Source of the DNA: Hydrolagus colliei
Lineage: Eukaryota
Assembly: GCA_035084275.1 (NCBI GenBank)
Contig: CM068760.1
Span: forward strand, 62,001-126,000
Direction: 5' to 3'
Length of the DNA stretch: 64,000 nucleotides
The notes below the pieces were generated by a model that ran no database searches, was not told the DNA's origin, and saw only the letters and a program-made list of their open reading frames with translations. Made by a program: the position numbers and the translations under genes. Positions 11,634-34,082 of this stretch are shown here, one piece after another. Positions within the stretch are counted from its first letter, which is position 1. Every line of letters starts with the position of its first letter.

Positions 11634-14600
11634 CTAAAAGAGACAATTTATAAGAAGCAATAAATATGTAAAATAATATGTCTAACAAAATAATTAAGAT
11701 CTGTAATCAGGGTGAATGTATAATTCTCAGATTTATAAAGGCAAATTGTAGCATTTGATTCATTGTCCAATTGGTAAGGTTAGAACAGGAATATCTAACC
11801 TCAGTGTGTGCGACAGTAATGAACTAGAAAATAAATAAATGGACCAAATCTTACCAATTAATCTTCCACAATAATTTTGTGTATGTATTGCCAACCTAGG
11901 TAAAACTCCCTTTAAAATAGTAACACAATGGTTCCAATGCTATTCAAGCGAATAGATTGACAGCAAAGAAAGGTTTTGTTTAGATTTTTTTTTCCATTTT
12001 AGTATCTCCAGGTGCATTTTATTTTCAAGAAATATTACTAAAATACAATTTTGAAATTTTGGCACAACCTGACCAACCTATGTGTTGAGGTTATCTTAGT
12101 AATTATGTGATATGAAAAAGTAAAACCAGAGGATTACATATTTATGGGAGACATAACCATACCATTTTGTAGTTAAGTGAGGCCAAGTTTTAAATCATCC
12201 AGTGAGCGTATTACACCATACATTATGGTGATCTGGACACGAGTCGCCTGAGTTTAAATTATAACATGATAAATAAAATAGTTCTGCTATAGAGGTATAG
12301 CAATTTAAAAACTCACCTGCGTTCCTGATACGTGGTCCAGAACACAGCATTCGGATTTTTTTGCATGAGATAGAAAATGGTTGTCAACACATTTTCAAAA
12401 TCTAGAGAGATCAAGAGATTGAATAGTTTTTCTTCTGTGTTCGAGTTTTCTTACATATTAAGTTTTAGCAATCATTCTCTTAGTTATGGTAGAATAGAAA
12501 GCCGTGGATGCATTAAAAGGAATCTTGTTTTGAATGGGTTGACTTGCTGGCCAAAAGGCTACTCTTGCCTGATTTTTTTTACTATTGAAGAATGACATTC
12601 CAATTTCACATGGAAAATATCATTCCAGCTCTTCAGTATTTAGAATTGTTTGTATAGAGGACATTACACCCAGATCTTGTCCGCAATAACTCATAAAACA
12701 CCTAATACAGTAGCTGCAGAGAACCCTTTTTGGAAAAAAAAATACTTTGTAGGGCAATATAAATGAGCAAATCTTAAAACATTTCCACCAGTTAATATTT
12801 GTTGAAATCATCTATTGACTTTGGTAAGCCACATGGTTCAATTAAGCAGTTTGAAATTATAGCCTTTACTTGGGAAAAACTTAAGGAGTTAATCGCTAAA
12901 TTATAATTGGTTGTTCAATACAAACATTATTCTAAGATCTGAAAAACTGCTTACTGATGCATGTACTGGTAAAGTTTTGCAAAAGGGGGTAAGACATACG
13001 TTCTGATGATATCAAGTTTGTCCTATGAAGGGAATCGTAAGCCACTCCTGGCTGTAATCTCCGATTACATGACATTTGTCCTTTGTAGCTTTATGACCGA
13101 GAGTGTTCTATTTATAATTGTATTTGCTCTAGTTACAACTGGGATTTGGCCATGGTTATTTTTTCAAAAAAGTAATATAACTTCTGACTAATTGGTCTTG
13201 AAGTAAGATTACTAAATGATTGATAGAAGAGCATTGAAATTAGATGGATAATTTGAATAAAGATAGAAATGTCAGATTGTTCATTTTAAAAGAAAGCAAA
13301 GAAGGTTCAAGTAGGGCTCGTGGAAGCTGCTACAAAATCAAATCTGTATCGAAAAACTCGACTTTTCACAGAGCTGAATTATATTGTTGCAAGAGGTATT
13401 GCTATATACATAAGCCATGGTACACAAATTGGAATTCTTTCTGTTCCTTCAAAGATTAGTATGAGGAAACAGACTTCAACTGTTTAAATATTCCTGTATA
13501 TGCTCAGAACCAAAGAATAGTCAGGATGTCTTAAATCTGTACCTTCAGGTTGATAAAACACATCAGATCCCAGAATGATGTCCACTTTTGGCAGTAGCAG
13601 CAGATGAGGAGATATCAGCCCCCAGGTTATTCCGATTACAGACACATCTACAAGGTTATTTATCTTGCAGCTCCTGCGGCAGTTATCCAAACAGTTCTGT
13701 AGCTCGGAACGATCTGATAAAATTACTTTGGCTCCACATTTTCCTGCCACAATACCGGGTAAGCTTGCACCTGCTCCAATCTAATGGGGGAATGCATTAA
13801 TTACTATTCCTTGATGGTGAAGGAGAAATTGTCCAGAGCTATGGGGTAGGACTGCAGGAGTGAGACTAGTTGGTAGCTTTTTCAAAGAGCTGGCTTGGGC
13901 CCCATGGCCTCCTATGTTGTAAGATTCTGGATTATTGTAACAAAATGATATGTAAGTGAAATGAAGAAAATCTAATTTATAGAATTGATCTTTTAAAAAA
14001 AATTGAAGGATTAGCAAAAATGTTAATGAATCTGAGAATGAAAACAGCATAAATCGTAGAAGCAATTACTTGAAAAATAATTTAATGCGCAGTACAATAC
14101 TCCAAATTTCACAGAAAATGTGTTAACCAAAAATATCCAAAGCTCTTCTTCCAAATTGTATTTAGGCTGGAAAGAAAACCATTAATGCAGAATATACCTA
14201 AATATTTGCAAAGCTTTAAAAAAAACTTATTTAATTTTGTTTGGTCTTAAAATGGCCTTTTGTGTGTTGATCAGAAGAGGGTGCTCACTCAATGAACAAA
14301 TTAGCTTCCTATTGGATGCTTTATAATAACTAATGATATATTGCAGGAGACATTTTTTAAAAAAGTTACCTCCAATACTGTCTTTCCTTTTACTGCTCTT
14401 CCATTAAACCATATGTATTGTGCCAGGACCACTGCACATGGCCACACATACATGCCATATTGAGGATCCAGAACCTGAAAAGGGAAGCAGTGAAAAGTGC
14501 TGGTTGATTCCAATGCTTAATATAACCGCCATATTCAAATTTACAACTATTATGAACTTCACGGGATTATTGTAACCAAATTAGTAATCCTTGTACAACG

Positions 14601-16676
14601 TTTGATGTGTCTCAAATTAAGACGTCCCAAAGTGCTTTACGGGATATACTTTGAAATGAAGCTAAGATTTGTAGGCAAATATAGTTGAGACAGCAATGTA
14701 GTATAAATACCCATGAAATTGACAATTGTATTTGCAGAATTGTTGGCCATCACACCAGGAAAAAATCCTCTCTGAATACTTCCATGGGATCTTTAATGTC
14801 TACAGTACCTGTACAGGCAGGTGGGATCTCTGTTTAACATCTTATCCAAAGGTTGGCACTTCTGACACTGTGGCACTTCCCCTCCCCCCCCCCCCCGGGG
14901 GAGTCAGTTTAAATTCCCAAAGTAGGATTTGAACCCATGATTTTGACTTGGATGTGAGGACTACCACTGAGCCAAGATGACACAGGCAGACAGATTGAGG
15001 ATAAATCTGCCTGGTCCTTGCCCACCATATCTTTTAGCAGAGGTCACCAGGTAGTGTTGTGGAACAGGAACTAGCAAATTTCTTAACTAGCCAAGGGACA
15101 CCTCTGATTCATAGGCCTACTGTTTTCTGTATGGCCTCCATTAATTAATGTCTCTGACCTCACTCCCTAATCCACCCCCGGCACCTCCACTTGACTGGCA
15201 CCATTCTCCCGTTTGTCCCTCGTGCCCTTTGCTCCACTGTTGGGAGGTCACGCAATCAGCACCTATGTCCCCAAACTTTGGAACATTCCTTCGATCTCTC
15301 CATCTTTCGCCCCTCCCATTTTTTTCAAGCTGTCTTGCAATTTAGATTGAATGCAGTATACACAAGATCATAATAGAAGAAAAAGATATTACAAGAGGGA
15401 AAAAGTGATGCAGTAGGACACTTTAAAATAAGAAATTAGGGTGGCCAACAAAGCACCAAACAAGGACCTAACAGCTGATAGAAGTGCTCTAAAAATATTG
15501 TCAAACATGTCAGAGCATTAATGAAATGGGTTCCCAGATGCACTCTAAAGAGCTAAACAATAAATCCCCCAGAGATGGATGAATTGTACCCCAGAGTACT
15601 TGGAGACCAAGGAGATTTGTGAAACCATAATTTGAAAAAAAATTTAGTCAATGGTTCCAGCAGAGTAAAACATTATTTTAAAACACATTAATGTCAACGG
15701 GCAACTTTTAATATAATGCTGCACCTGCTTCTAGGTTTATGTATACGTATATGTGGCCATATTGATTTGTATTGTACTGAACACACAAGGTGAAAGGTGC
15801 TGTACATGTGTCATTTTGTTATTAGGAAACGACAGTGTGCTCTGTTAAATCGATTGAATTGGGGGTGCCAGAAACTGAAATAACTATCTTGGTCTCAATT
15901 ATTCTGATATCAGCCACGTTTGGAGGTGGTATTTTCAATGCTTCTTCCTCCTCGCCCCCCACCCCCCACCAGACAACAGGTTGTCAGATCAGAGTATTAA
16001 GAGATACAGGGCAAGGGTGGGTAATTGGACTTGAGACACGAGATACTTTTGCTCACAAAATACAGTGGATTCACTTTACAGTCTATTCTGTGAAGCGCTT
16101 TGAGACACAGTCTAGAAGATGTGAAAAGCGCTATATCAAATGCAAGGATTATTTATTGTTATCAGCCATTTTATCGATGCTGGACGAAACCTTGGCCAAG
16201 TTCCCTTCTTCCACACGCCTGGTAGTACATACTTTAAGAAAATAAACACAATAAAAAATAATAATGTGGTCACTTCAATTCCCCGACTGTTTGTGGGGAC
16301 ACTATTGTGTGTAATTGGCTGCTGCATTTCGCCCACGAAATATAGTCAATTCACAGTAGGTACCTTCTGTGTAGCGCTTTGAGACGGTCTAGAAGACGTG
16401 ACAAGCCCTATATCAAATGCAAGGATTATCATTATTATTAATGGTGGAACAGGCTAGAGTGGCTGAATGGCCTTGTCTTACCCTCCCCCTAAACTCTGCA
16501 CCATCATCAACCTTTCCAATGCGGGCGCTTCTCCTAGTGTAAGCGTCTCTCAAAACACAATAAAAAGCAGGTTAAACCTCTGTGATGGTGACCTCCAGCT
16601 CCTCCCGCGCCTCCCGCCCGCCGCTCGGCTCCTGAGGGACGAACGTGAACAGCTTCACACCGCTCCGCGCGCTCAT
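11465..16676 (-). CDS. METTL23: Methyltransferase-like 23 (METTL23), 231 aa; complement(join(11465..11633,12317..12401,13543..13780,14370..14474,16578..16676))
   Basis: 696 nt spliced ORF with GT-AG introns and consistent phases; YGMYVWPCAVVLAQY, SAM motif VLEIGAGASLPG, DIILGSDVFY, FWTTYQERSADWSIEALL; head-to-head with JMJD6. Confidence 0.93.
12317..12401 (-). CDS. METTL23: METTL23 coding exon 4 (FENVLTTIFYLMQKNPNAVFWTTYQER)
   Basis: CTCTCTAG acceptor, CAG|GTGAGT donor, 85 nt. Confidence 0.9.
13543..13780 (-). CDS. METTL23: METTL23 coding exon 3 (IGAGASLPG...DIILGSDVFYQPE)
   Basis: 238 nt; TTAG acceptor, AAG|GTACAG donor. Confidence 0.92.
14370..14474 (-). CDS. METTL23: METTL23 coding exon 2 (VLDPQYGMYVWPCAVVLAQYIWFNGRAVKGKTVLE)
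   Basis: 105 nt; TTTCAG acceptor, GAG|GTAACT donor. Confidence 0.93.
14585..14975 (-). mobile_element. Old Deu-domain SINE (SacSINE1/AmnSINE1-like)
   Basis: Minus strand: TGGCTCAGTGGTAGT..CATGGGTTCAAATCC head, Deu-like GTGCCACAGTGTCAGAAGTGCCAACCTTTGGATAAGATGTTAAAC, L2-like tail GCACTTTGGGACGTC; family assignment from memory. Confidence 0.6.
16040..16440 (+). mobile_element. Two tandem SINE copies (partial)
   Basis: Two repeats of the family tail GCGCTTTGAGAC..CTAGAAGA.GTGA..AGC.CTATATCAAATGCAAGGATTA. Confidence 0.8.
16578..16676 (-). CDS. METTL23: METTL23 coding exon 1 (MSARSGVKLFTFVPQEPSGGREAREELEVTITE)
   Basis: ATG at 16676, 99 nt, phase 0 joining exon 2; weak donor GAG|GTTTAA; resembles the N-terminus of long vertebrate METTL23 forms. 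Confidence 0.75.
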
Positions 16677-17153
16677 CACTCACCTCCCCCCGCCCTCCAG
16701 AACGGCGGCTCGGGCAGCGGCTGACGTAGTTGAGTGGCAGTTGGCCGCCACAGGTGGGGCCAATGAGAATGTCGTACGATTCCCTCCCGCCCATTACATT
16801 TCCTGTGTCGTCATGTTGATTGGCGGCAATGTTACCCAATCATAGGCCGCAACCGGAGGCGGGACCAATCAGGAGTGGGTAGGAAACGGGTGGGACTTTC
16901 GTTGCTCTCACTCGGCGTGGTGGGCGGTTTGATTGACGGGCGGGCGGGCGGGGAGCGCTGTGAAAATTCTGGAAGGTCCAAGCCTCTGAGAGAAGAGGGG
17001 GCCGCGGGAGTGTGAGGTTAATGTGGGGGAGGAGGAGGACGTGGTGAAGTAGTGGGAGGTGGAGGGAGGGAGGGAGAGATTGGGGAGGAGGAGGAGAGTG
17101 TTGGCTGGGGAGGGAGGGAGGGAGCGGGAGAGCCGGGCCCGGGGGGGGGGGGA
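16677..17153. promoter_or_regulatory. CpG-island bidirectional promoter and 5' UTRs of METTL23/JMJD6
   Basis: 477 bp between divergent ATGs; CCAAT boxes (~16760, 16819 reverse, 16836, 16865); GC boxes GGGCGG repeated ~16938-16952; TGACGT at 16722. Confidence 0.85.
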
Positions 17154-27439
<10,286 letters not shown>

Positions 27440-29679
27440 CATGAAGCTCCGCGGGGGGGAAATACTCCAATTGGCTGCCTAAAATTACTGATTCTCAAGA
27501 CAAAAACACTGCGCTGCAAGATGAAAACTAATCAGTTTTAAGAAATGATTTTAAATTCTGAAATTATTTTCCAGTTTCCAGTAACTATTTTTATTTACCT
27601 CTTTGGTATTAATGATAAAACCAGGGGGAGACTTGTCATTGGAATAGCCATTTACTGATCTACAGTATGAAATTGATTTTTTTTAGTTAAAAATTATCTG
27701 GTGGTGTAAAGATATTTTTATAAACTGCCCTAAATTAATATTAACATGCTACATACAGTTATCAGACAATGTTGGTGCCCAAAGGTATTAGTTTGTCTTT
27801 ATTAAGGTTGATATTTCTGTTCCATCTTCTTGAAGTGAATAAAGTTGATTGCTGATTAAATCTGCTTATTTGTCTTCCATAACAATTCCACATATCCTGT
27901 ACATTTGTGCAGGGTTCACTAATTTGACACATGAGTTTAAGAGGTCTCGAGTGCAGCAGAAATGCTCCATTTTAATTAATCTTGCCACAACCAGTCTCAC
28001 ATTTAATAAGAATTATTTCTGCAGATACTTCCTGGAGAAAGGAAATAAAATATACCAGCAAGAAGTTCAACAGGGAAATTAGATTTAATTTCTTTAATTT
28101 CTAACTAAGAAACAAATCGATATTGCTGTCTTATTCATTTTAGAGAATAATGATTGAAACCTATACTGCAGTATGATTGAATTGCATGTGAAAGTCGTAT
28201 GTAATTTTAAATCATGTTTAAAGTTTAAACCAGTTTAAAGATTACATTTTATGTGTAATATTGTGAGTATGTGTACATTTTTAAAATTCAGGAAATGGTT
28301 CTAAAATATAGGAAACGAGCCATTAATGAGATCAATATTGTACAAATATTACAAAACTATTCACAATTTTTGAAAGGCTTGATAGTATCAGAGGCTTTAA
28401 ATTAAGGTGCACTCTGGAAATGTATTGATCTATCTTTACTAAAGTTGCAGCATGAACCATGGTGGGATGAATGGGATGTCCTCCCGACGTGAAAATCTCT
28501 TTAGAAATGTCATTTAGTTGTTATTGACGTGCTTTTAAAATGTCATTTTTAACCTGCGTCTTCTCCGACTTTCCTCGTGTATAGAAATACTTTTTCTCAA
28601 GAAAATTTCACTGCATCAACAGCAACAGCAAACAACAACTTGCATTTATACAGCGCCCTCCAGGCCGGGCGTCTCAGAGCGGTTTGTTTTCTGCTTTGGC
28701 TTGTCCGCTTGGTGGGACAGAACATCAGGTCCTGAGAACTGAGGTTCACGTAACCTGGATTTCCTGCAAAATCTCAATCACTTGAAATAGTTCTACTCAA
28801 CAAAGTCATTTCAGCACTCCAGACATCGGGAACTTTTAAATTCTGCTTTCTCTTAAATTGCCTTTATCATCAATTGATTATTCGTGACATTCGTGACGGT
28901 TCAGTTCATGCAAATTTGGATGGATTTAAGTGGTAGACACCTTTTCACCTGTACCTTACTTTTCCGTTCTGCTTTTAATTCCTATTGAAAAAATATCTTC
29001 ATGTTCTACTTTAGGTCTCATTGCTGCTTCCAGAGAAAGACCAGGAAGGTCTGAGCCATGGTCTCCCACGTAGCTCCCATCATTGCTGTTGAGTAATTGC
29101 CCAACAAGAGGTCTCTCCTTCACTCGCACAGAAACGGAGCATTCTGCTACACTCTAGAATTCGAACCTAGTCATTTTGTCAGCTGGGGAATGTCTTTCAT
29201 GAAAGATGGTCGATTGTTATCGGATTTAAATGTTGACCCTTTGGTCAGAAGTCCAACACTGCATTACAACTACTGAGCTGCTGCATATTGTAATTTATTT
29301 TAAATGCTGGTCTGTATCCCCCTGATTTATTTGGTGCAATAAAACACAGTTTTTGCTTCCTGATGATGTGAAATTGATATCCCCACACAGAATACTTGGA
29401 TCGATTTTCTACTTTATTTTTTACTTGGAATTCAGAAGCTAGTTCCTTTTTTTTAATGTGTATCTGCTGAATTTAAAACTATGTTTTTGTACTGAAGGAA
29501 ATGTTGTGTGATTAGTATTGTCCTAAAATGCATCTAATAACAATTTGTTTAAAAATAAACACAGAAATGTTATGTCGTTTTTGTTCACTTTTTTTTAAAT
29601 GAAACCCAAACCCATCTAACAGATAATTTTTAGTTTATTAATAATCAGTTGCTGTATCAAATATATTTGGCAGCATAAC

Positions 29680-29850
29680 CGACTGTAACAGTCCCTAACA
29701 GACACTAGCAAATCCAAGAAGATCTCAACAGACCCTGTCAGACACAGTGCCCAACAGAACCTAACAGAGCTTGGCAGACACTAACGGATCTTATCAGAGA
29801 CTTAACAGACCCTATAAGAGCTAACGGACCCTAAATGATCCTAAACCCAA
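29680..29850 (+). repeat. Degenerate ~10-bp tandem repeat (TAACAGACCC-like)
   Basis: Recurrent units TAACAGTCCC, TAACAGACAC, CAACAGACCC, TAACGGATCT, TAACAGACCC, TAACGGACCC. Confidence 0.7.
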
Positions 29851-31086
29851 CTTGAAACTTCAGTCTTGTTTAACAACAACTTCTAATCTCAACCTCCGGT
29901 GTGAACCAGAGTTTGACACGTGTGTTTGAATGTCAAACATCCTGCATGCTGTCCACATAGTGTTGCCAAACCTTTGGTGTGGAAAGGAGCGACAGAGAAA
30001 GGTACCAATTTTATCCTCACGAGTACAGACTTTGGGTTACGCTAACCCTAACCTTATCGTCCACGAGTTCCAAGTTCTACAGGAAAAGAAAGCACGAGCT
30101 TTAGTTATTACTGTCTGGTTCCCACACAGGAGTCCTGTAACTCAGTGGTTAGAGCATTTGCATCATAAGACAGAACTGGGTTCGATTCCTAGTATGGCAA
30201 AATGTTTGAAAAGTTTACTTACTCCACACACCTCCGTTTCCTTTGCAGTAAGTAGCAACGTTGCTGGAAGCAAATTAACTCTTAACTGCTGTCAATCAAG
30301 TGTCTACAACAATATAATTATAATTGTAAACTGCCTTTCACGCTGGGAGGACGTCTAGCAAACTCGCAGTGGGACAAGTGGAGCATTTGTCAGCGGGAGA
30401 CCATCTGAACAACAATGATCACAGTATCATCAGGTTATGGAAAGGGAAGGAACAATCAAAGGTGAAGATATCGTAACTGGAAGACGGATCATTTCAGAAA
30501 ATTTAAAGGGATCTGGCTCATGTGGATTGGAAAGATTGTGAAGTATAATGATAAACTGTTTGTGGGTCACTACTGGGCACAATTTTCACCCACAAAAATA
30601 TACAGTCAATTCACTTTATAGTATATTCTGTGAAGTGCTTTGATTTGTTTAGAAGATGTGAAAAGCACTATATCAAATGCAAGAATTATCATTATTATTA
30701 TTACAAACAAGCAATGGGAGGGGAGGAATTCAAGGACAGTTTGAGACAGGTTAAACATATTCCGGTGAGGTAGAACATGCAAAGCAAGTGGTGAGATGTC
30801 TAGACACCAATGATAAGACGCAAAATCAAATGCAAGGATTATTATCATCATCAATAACACGTTTCAATTTGACAAGTACCTATTTCCCACCACCAGGGAG
30901 CGATGATTCCTGCAAATGTACAGTTCTGTACAATGTTTTATCGGATGACATTACCAAAGGAGGCCACAGGGTGGCAGTGATGCGTTACCAAGCAATTAAT
31001 TAGTACTTTTAGACTCTCAGTTAACATAATAATATCTCCATGTGCTTCACAGAATAGGGTTAGGGTTGAATTGACTGAATATTTGC

Positions 31087-31338
31087 GGAGTCCAGTAGCT
31101 CAGTGGTCGGAGCACTTGACTTGCAAGCGAGAGACCTGGGTTCGATTCCCCACAGGTCGAAACCTTGGACAAGTTTCCTTACTCAATGCCTATTGGGTCA
31201 CCTCAATGCACGACTGTTTGTGGGACGCTGCTGTGCGCAATTGGCCGCCGTGTTTCAGCCACAAAGATCCAGTCAAGTCACTTTACAGTATATTCTGTGA
31301 AGCGCTTTGGGACGTCTAGAAGATGTGAAAAGCGCTAT
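31087..31338 (+). mobile_element. tRNA-derived SINE with its tail split by a CR1 insertion (tail resumes ~32072)
   Basis: A box TAGCTCAGTGG, B box GGTTCGATTCC; ...GAAAAGCGCTAT | CR1 | ATCAAATGCAAG. Confidence 0.85.
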
Positions 31339-32071
31339 TTTAAATGGTGTGAAGGAACAGAGAGACCTGGGGATTTGTGTTAGTGACTCGTTGAAGGTGG
31401 CAGGACAGGTAGACAAGGCTGTTAAGAAGGCATATGGGATACTAGGCTTTATAAATAGGGATATAGAGTACAAAAGTCAGGAAGTGCTGACTAACCTCTA
31501 TAGGACTTTGGTGAGGCCTCAGCTGGAATACTGTGTTCAATTCTGGTCACCACACTACAGAAAGGATGTGAAGGCATTGGAAAGGGTGCAGCGAAGATTT
31601 ACTAGGATGGTGCCAGGATTGAGGGACTTCAGCTATGGGGAGAGGCTAGATAGGCTAGGGTTATTCTCTCTGGAGCAGAGAAGATTGAGGGGAGACCTAA
31701 TCGAGGTTTATAAGATCATGAGGGGTTTCGACAGGGCAAATAGAGAAAAACTATTTCCACTCGTGGGTGAATCTGTGACTCGTGGTCACAGATTTAAAAT
31801 AGTTTCAAGGCGAAGTAGAGGGGAGCTGAGGAGAAATGTTTTGACTCAGCGAGTTGTTCGAATCTGGAATGCATTGCCTGAAAAGGTGGTGGAGGCTGAT
31901 TCGATAACAACTTTTAAAAGGGAATTAGATCTTTATTTAGGGAGAACAGGTCTATTAGGCTATGGGGAGCGGGCAGGGCAGTGGGATTAAATCGCTCTTT
32001 TCAAAGAGCCGGCACAGACTAGATGGGCCGAATGGCCTCCTTTTGTGCCGTAAAATTCTATGAATCTATGA
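31339..32071 (+). mobile_element. Young CR1-type LINE 3' fragment with uninterrupted ORF2 C-terminus
   Basis: ORF to 31990: QRDLGI...LYRTLVRPQLEYCVQFWSP...LERVQRRFTRM...RRLRGDLIEVYKI...TRGH...WNALP; tail GGCCGAATGGCCTCC...TTCTATGAATCTATG. Confidence 0.93.
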
Positions 32072-33926
32072 ATCAAATGCAAGAGGGGTTTCTCATCGCC
32101 CTCCGGTGGTGACAGGAGTGCTACGTCAAGCTAAGACATGATACAGTATTGGGGATAATAATCCTTACATTTGATGCATCGCCTTGTTTCAGAGTTGCGT
32201 GTATTGACAGTGCCAGTCAAGCCATGACCGGGGGATCGGTGCGAGTCGAGCGAAGGGGTCGGCTGGTGGACTGGGGAGTGAGGACGGGAGGTGCCAGAGT
32301 GGGGAAGGATTTGAACACAAAACCAGACAAACTAAAGGAAATAGGTGTCAGAGACAGATGTGCTTGTAAGGTCGTTGTCAAATAACTAACGCAGTCAGAA
32401 TGCGGAGGTGGCTGGCACCAGGAAATGCAATGCTTTGCACAAACTAACACAGCTATTGTACTGTTAGTTGTTATTCAACAGCAAGAAAACCTGATATCTG
32501 ACTCATCACATCAAAGGCTTTGTTTGTGCAGCAGTGAGGGGAGTCTCTGATCTGCAAGCGTGAAATGCTGCCCGGGGTGAAAAAATCTGTTGGCAATTCT
32601 GAATAAACTCTTCTCCAATCCGGAGTTCTGCTATAAAACATCACAAAAATTAAACTAATAAACATTGAACCAAATATTAAATCAGAGGGACTGGAAAATT
32701 AACGATAACTGCATTGACTGCCAATAAATTGTCTAGTTGAACCAATATAAAGGCGGCTGCAAATAATTACAAATCCCACCTACTTCTAAGTACTGTATAA
32801 AAATAATTCTAATTAAATGTTCTCTTCACTGCATATTTCAACCACTGGTGAATAATTAAACTTCATTGCTGTTGGCTTTCATAGAAACTTTTTTGTAGCT
32901 GATAAATTATATTTAATGAAACTTTTATAATCCTAGAAATAATTTCTGCTACACAAATAATTAATGCACTTCTACAACCAATATTTTTCCACAATTTGTG
33001 GTATGATTGCTACATATATTGAGTGCTCAGATTCTCTAAGTATGGAATATTTTCAGAGTGTATTTGGTATAATTTTTACTCTCCGCAGTTAATCAAAAAT
33101 ACAGTAAAACTTGCCTTATCTTTATAAATCGTACAATTGCCTAACTCATTACATTTACCAGAGTCTTATTTGATTTTTTACCAAAATCTACTCAGATTTC
33201 ACGGCACTAATCCTATTTTGTAAAGCAAAAAATCTCCACTCATAACCCCTCAAACGAACTTACAAGCTGATTGAATTGTGGGAAATGAAGTTCTGAGCCA
33301 GCAGCAAATGAGCTAACGCAATTACTTTGCCTAAATCGTATTGAATATTACAGTTCCAAATGATACGACAAGTGAGTTTGACTGCAGTGAGAACAACTGC
33401 TATAACCAGAGTTTTTACAGGCGAGCTATCGTGAACGGCTTTAGGAAAGGATGTTGTTGTGGTGTGAAGAAAGGATCTGAAGGGAAGATTATTTCAAACA
33501 TGCACATTTGCAACATTGATCCAGAATGTTTATTTGCTTTGCAGCCACGTTAATATCATAATATCATAGGCTGGTGCTACACAAATAAATCTAGGATGTT
33601 GTTGTAGATTTATGTTCAGAGTATCAGTGTGTAACAACAATCACAGCCAAGTTGCAAGCTTTGATGCCAAAGCAATGAAATCTCTCAAAACTAGAAACAT
33701 CAATTATTTCTTTTAAATTGGCATTTCTTCATTCACGTTAAAGTCTGTTGATTTTAAATTTTAAAGTGTTACAATTCCACTTTTTTAGAAAAAGAAAATA
33801 AGTTAGTCATTTGAATCAAGCACGCATTAAATAAAATATTTGTGATCAGTCAGTATGTATTTTTCTGGATTAGTAATTTGTATGGATTAGTAATTGTTTA
33901 ACAAGCAGGGATTTATATTTCTTCAA

Positions 33927-34082
33927 TTACTTGATCAGAGCTTTCATGGTGCTTATCGATGATCCTCTGTATCCCGTCCCAAAGTGGTTCCAATGATTCA
34001 GGTAATGGAAGAGCTGATAAAGTTTAAAACGTTTTTCAATTCCTGGAGCCTTGGGAAGTTTTTGATGGTACGCAGTGGAAGA
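33927..34082 (-). pseudogene. FN3KRP: FN3KRP last-exon remnant ([50 protein letters not shown])
   Basis: Only about 52 C-terminal codons present; no convincing in-frame acceptor and no LLHGDLWxGN/DPA/GHSEYEL sequence seen upstream. Confidence 0.7.

Noticed and set aside
29680-29850. CRISPR-like array
   Set aside because: Short degenerate units without unique spacers, no cas genes, and a vertebrate context
32515-32635. Minus-strand acceptor giving QNSG...QRLPSLLHKQSL*, with PSLLH recalling FN3K PALLHGD
   Set aside because: No GDLW follows, flanks do not align, and it lies downstream of the true C-terminal remnant; likely chance, though it could act as a cryptic terminal exon
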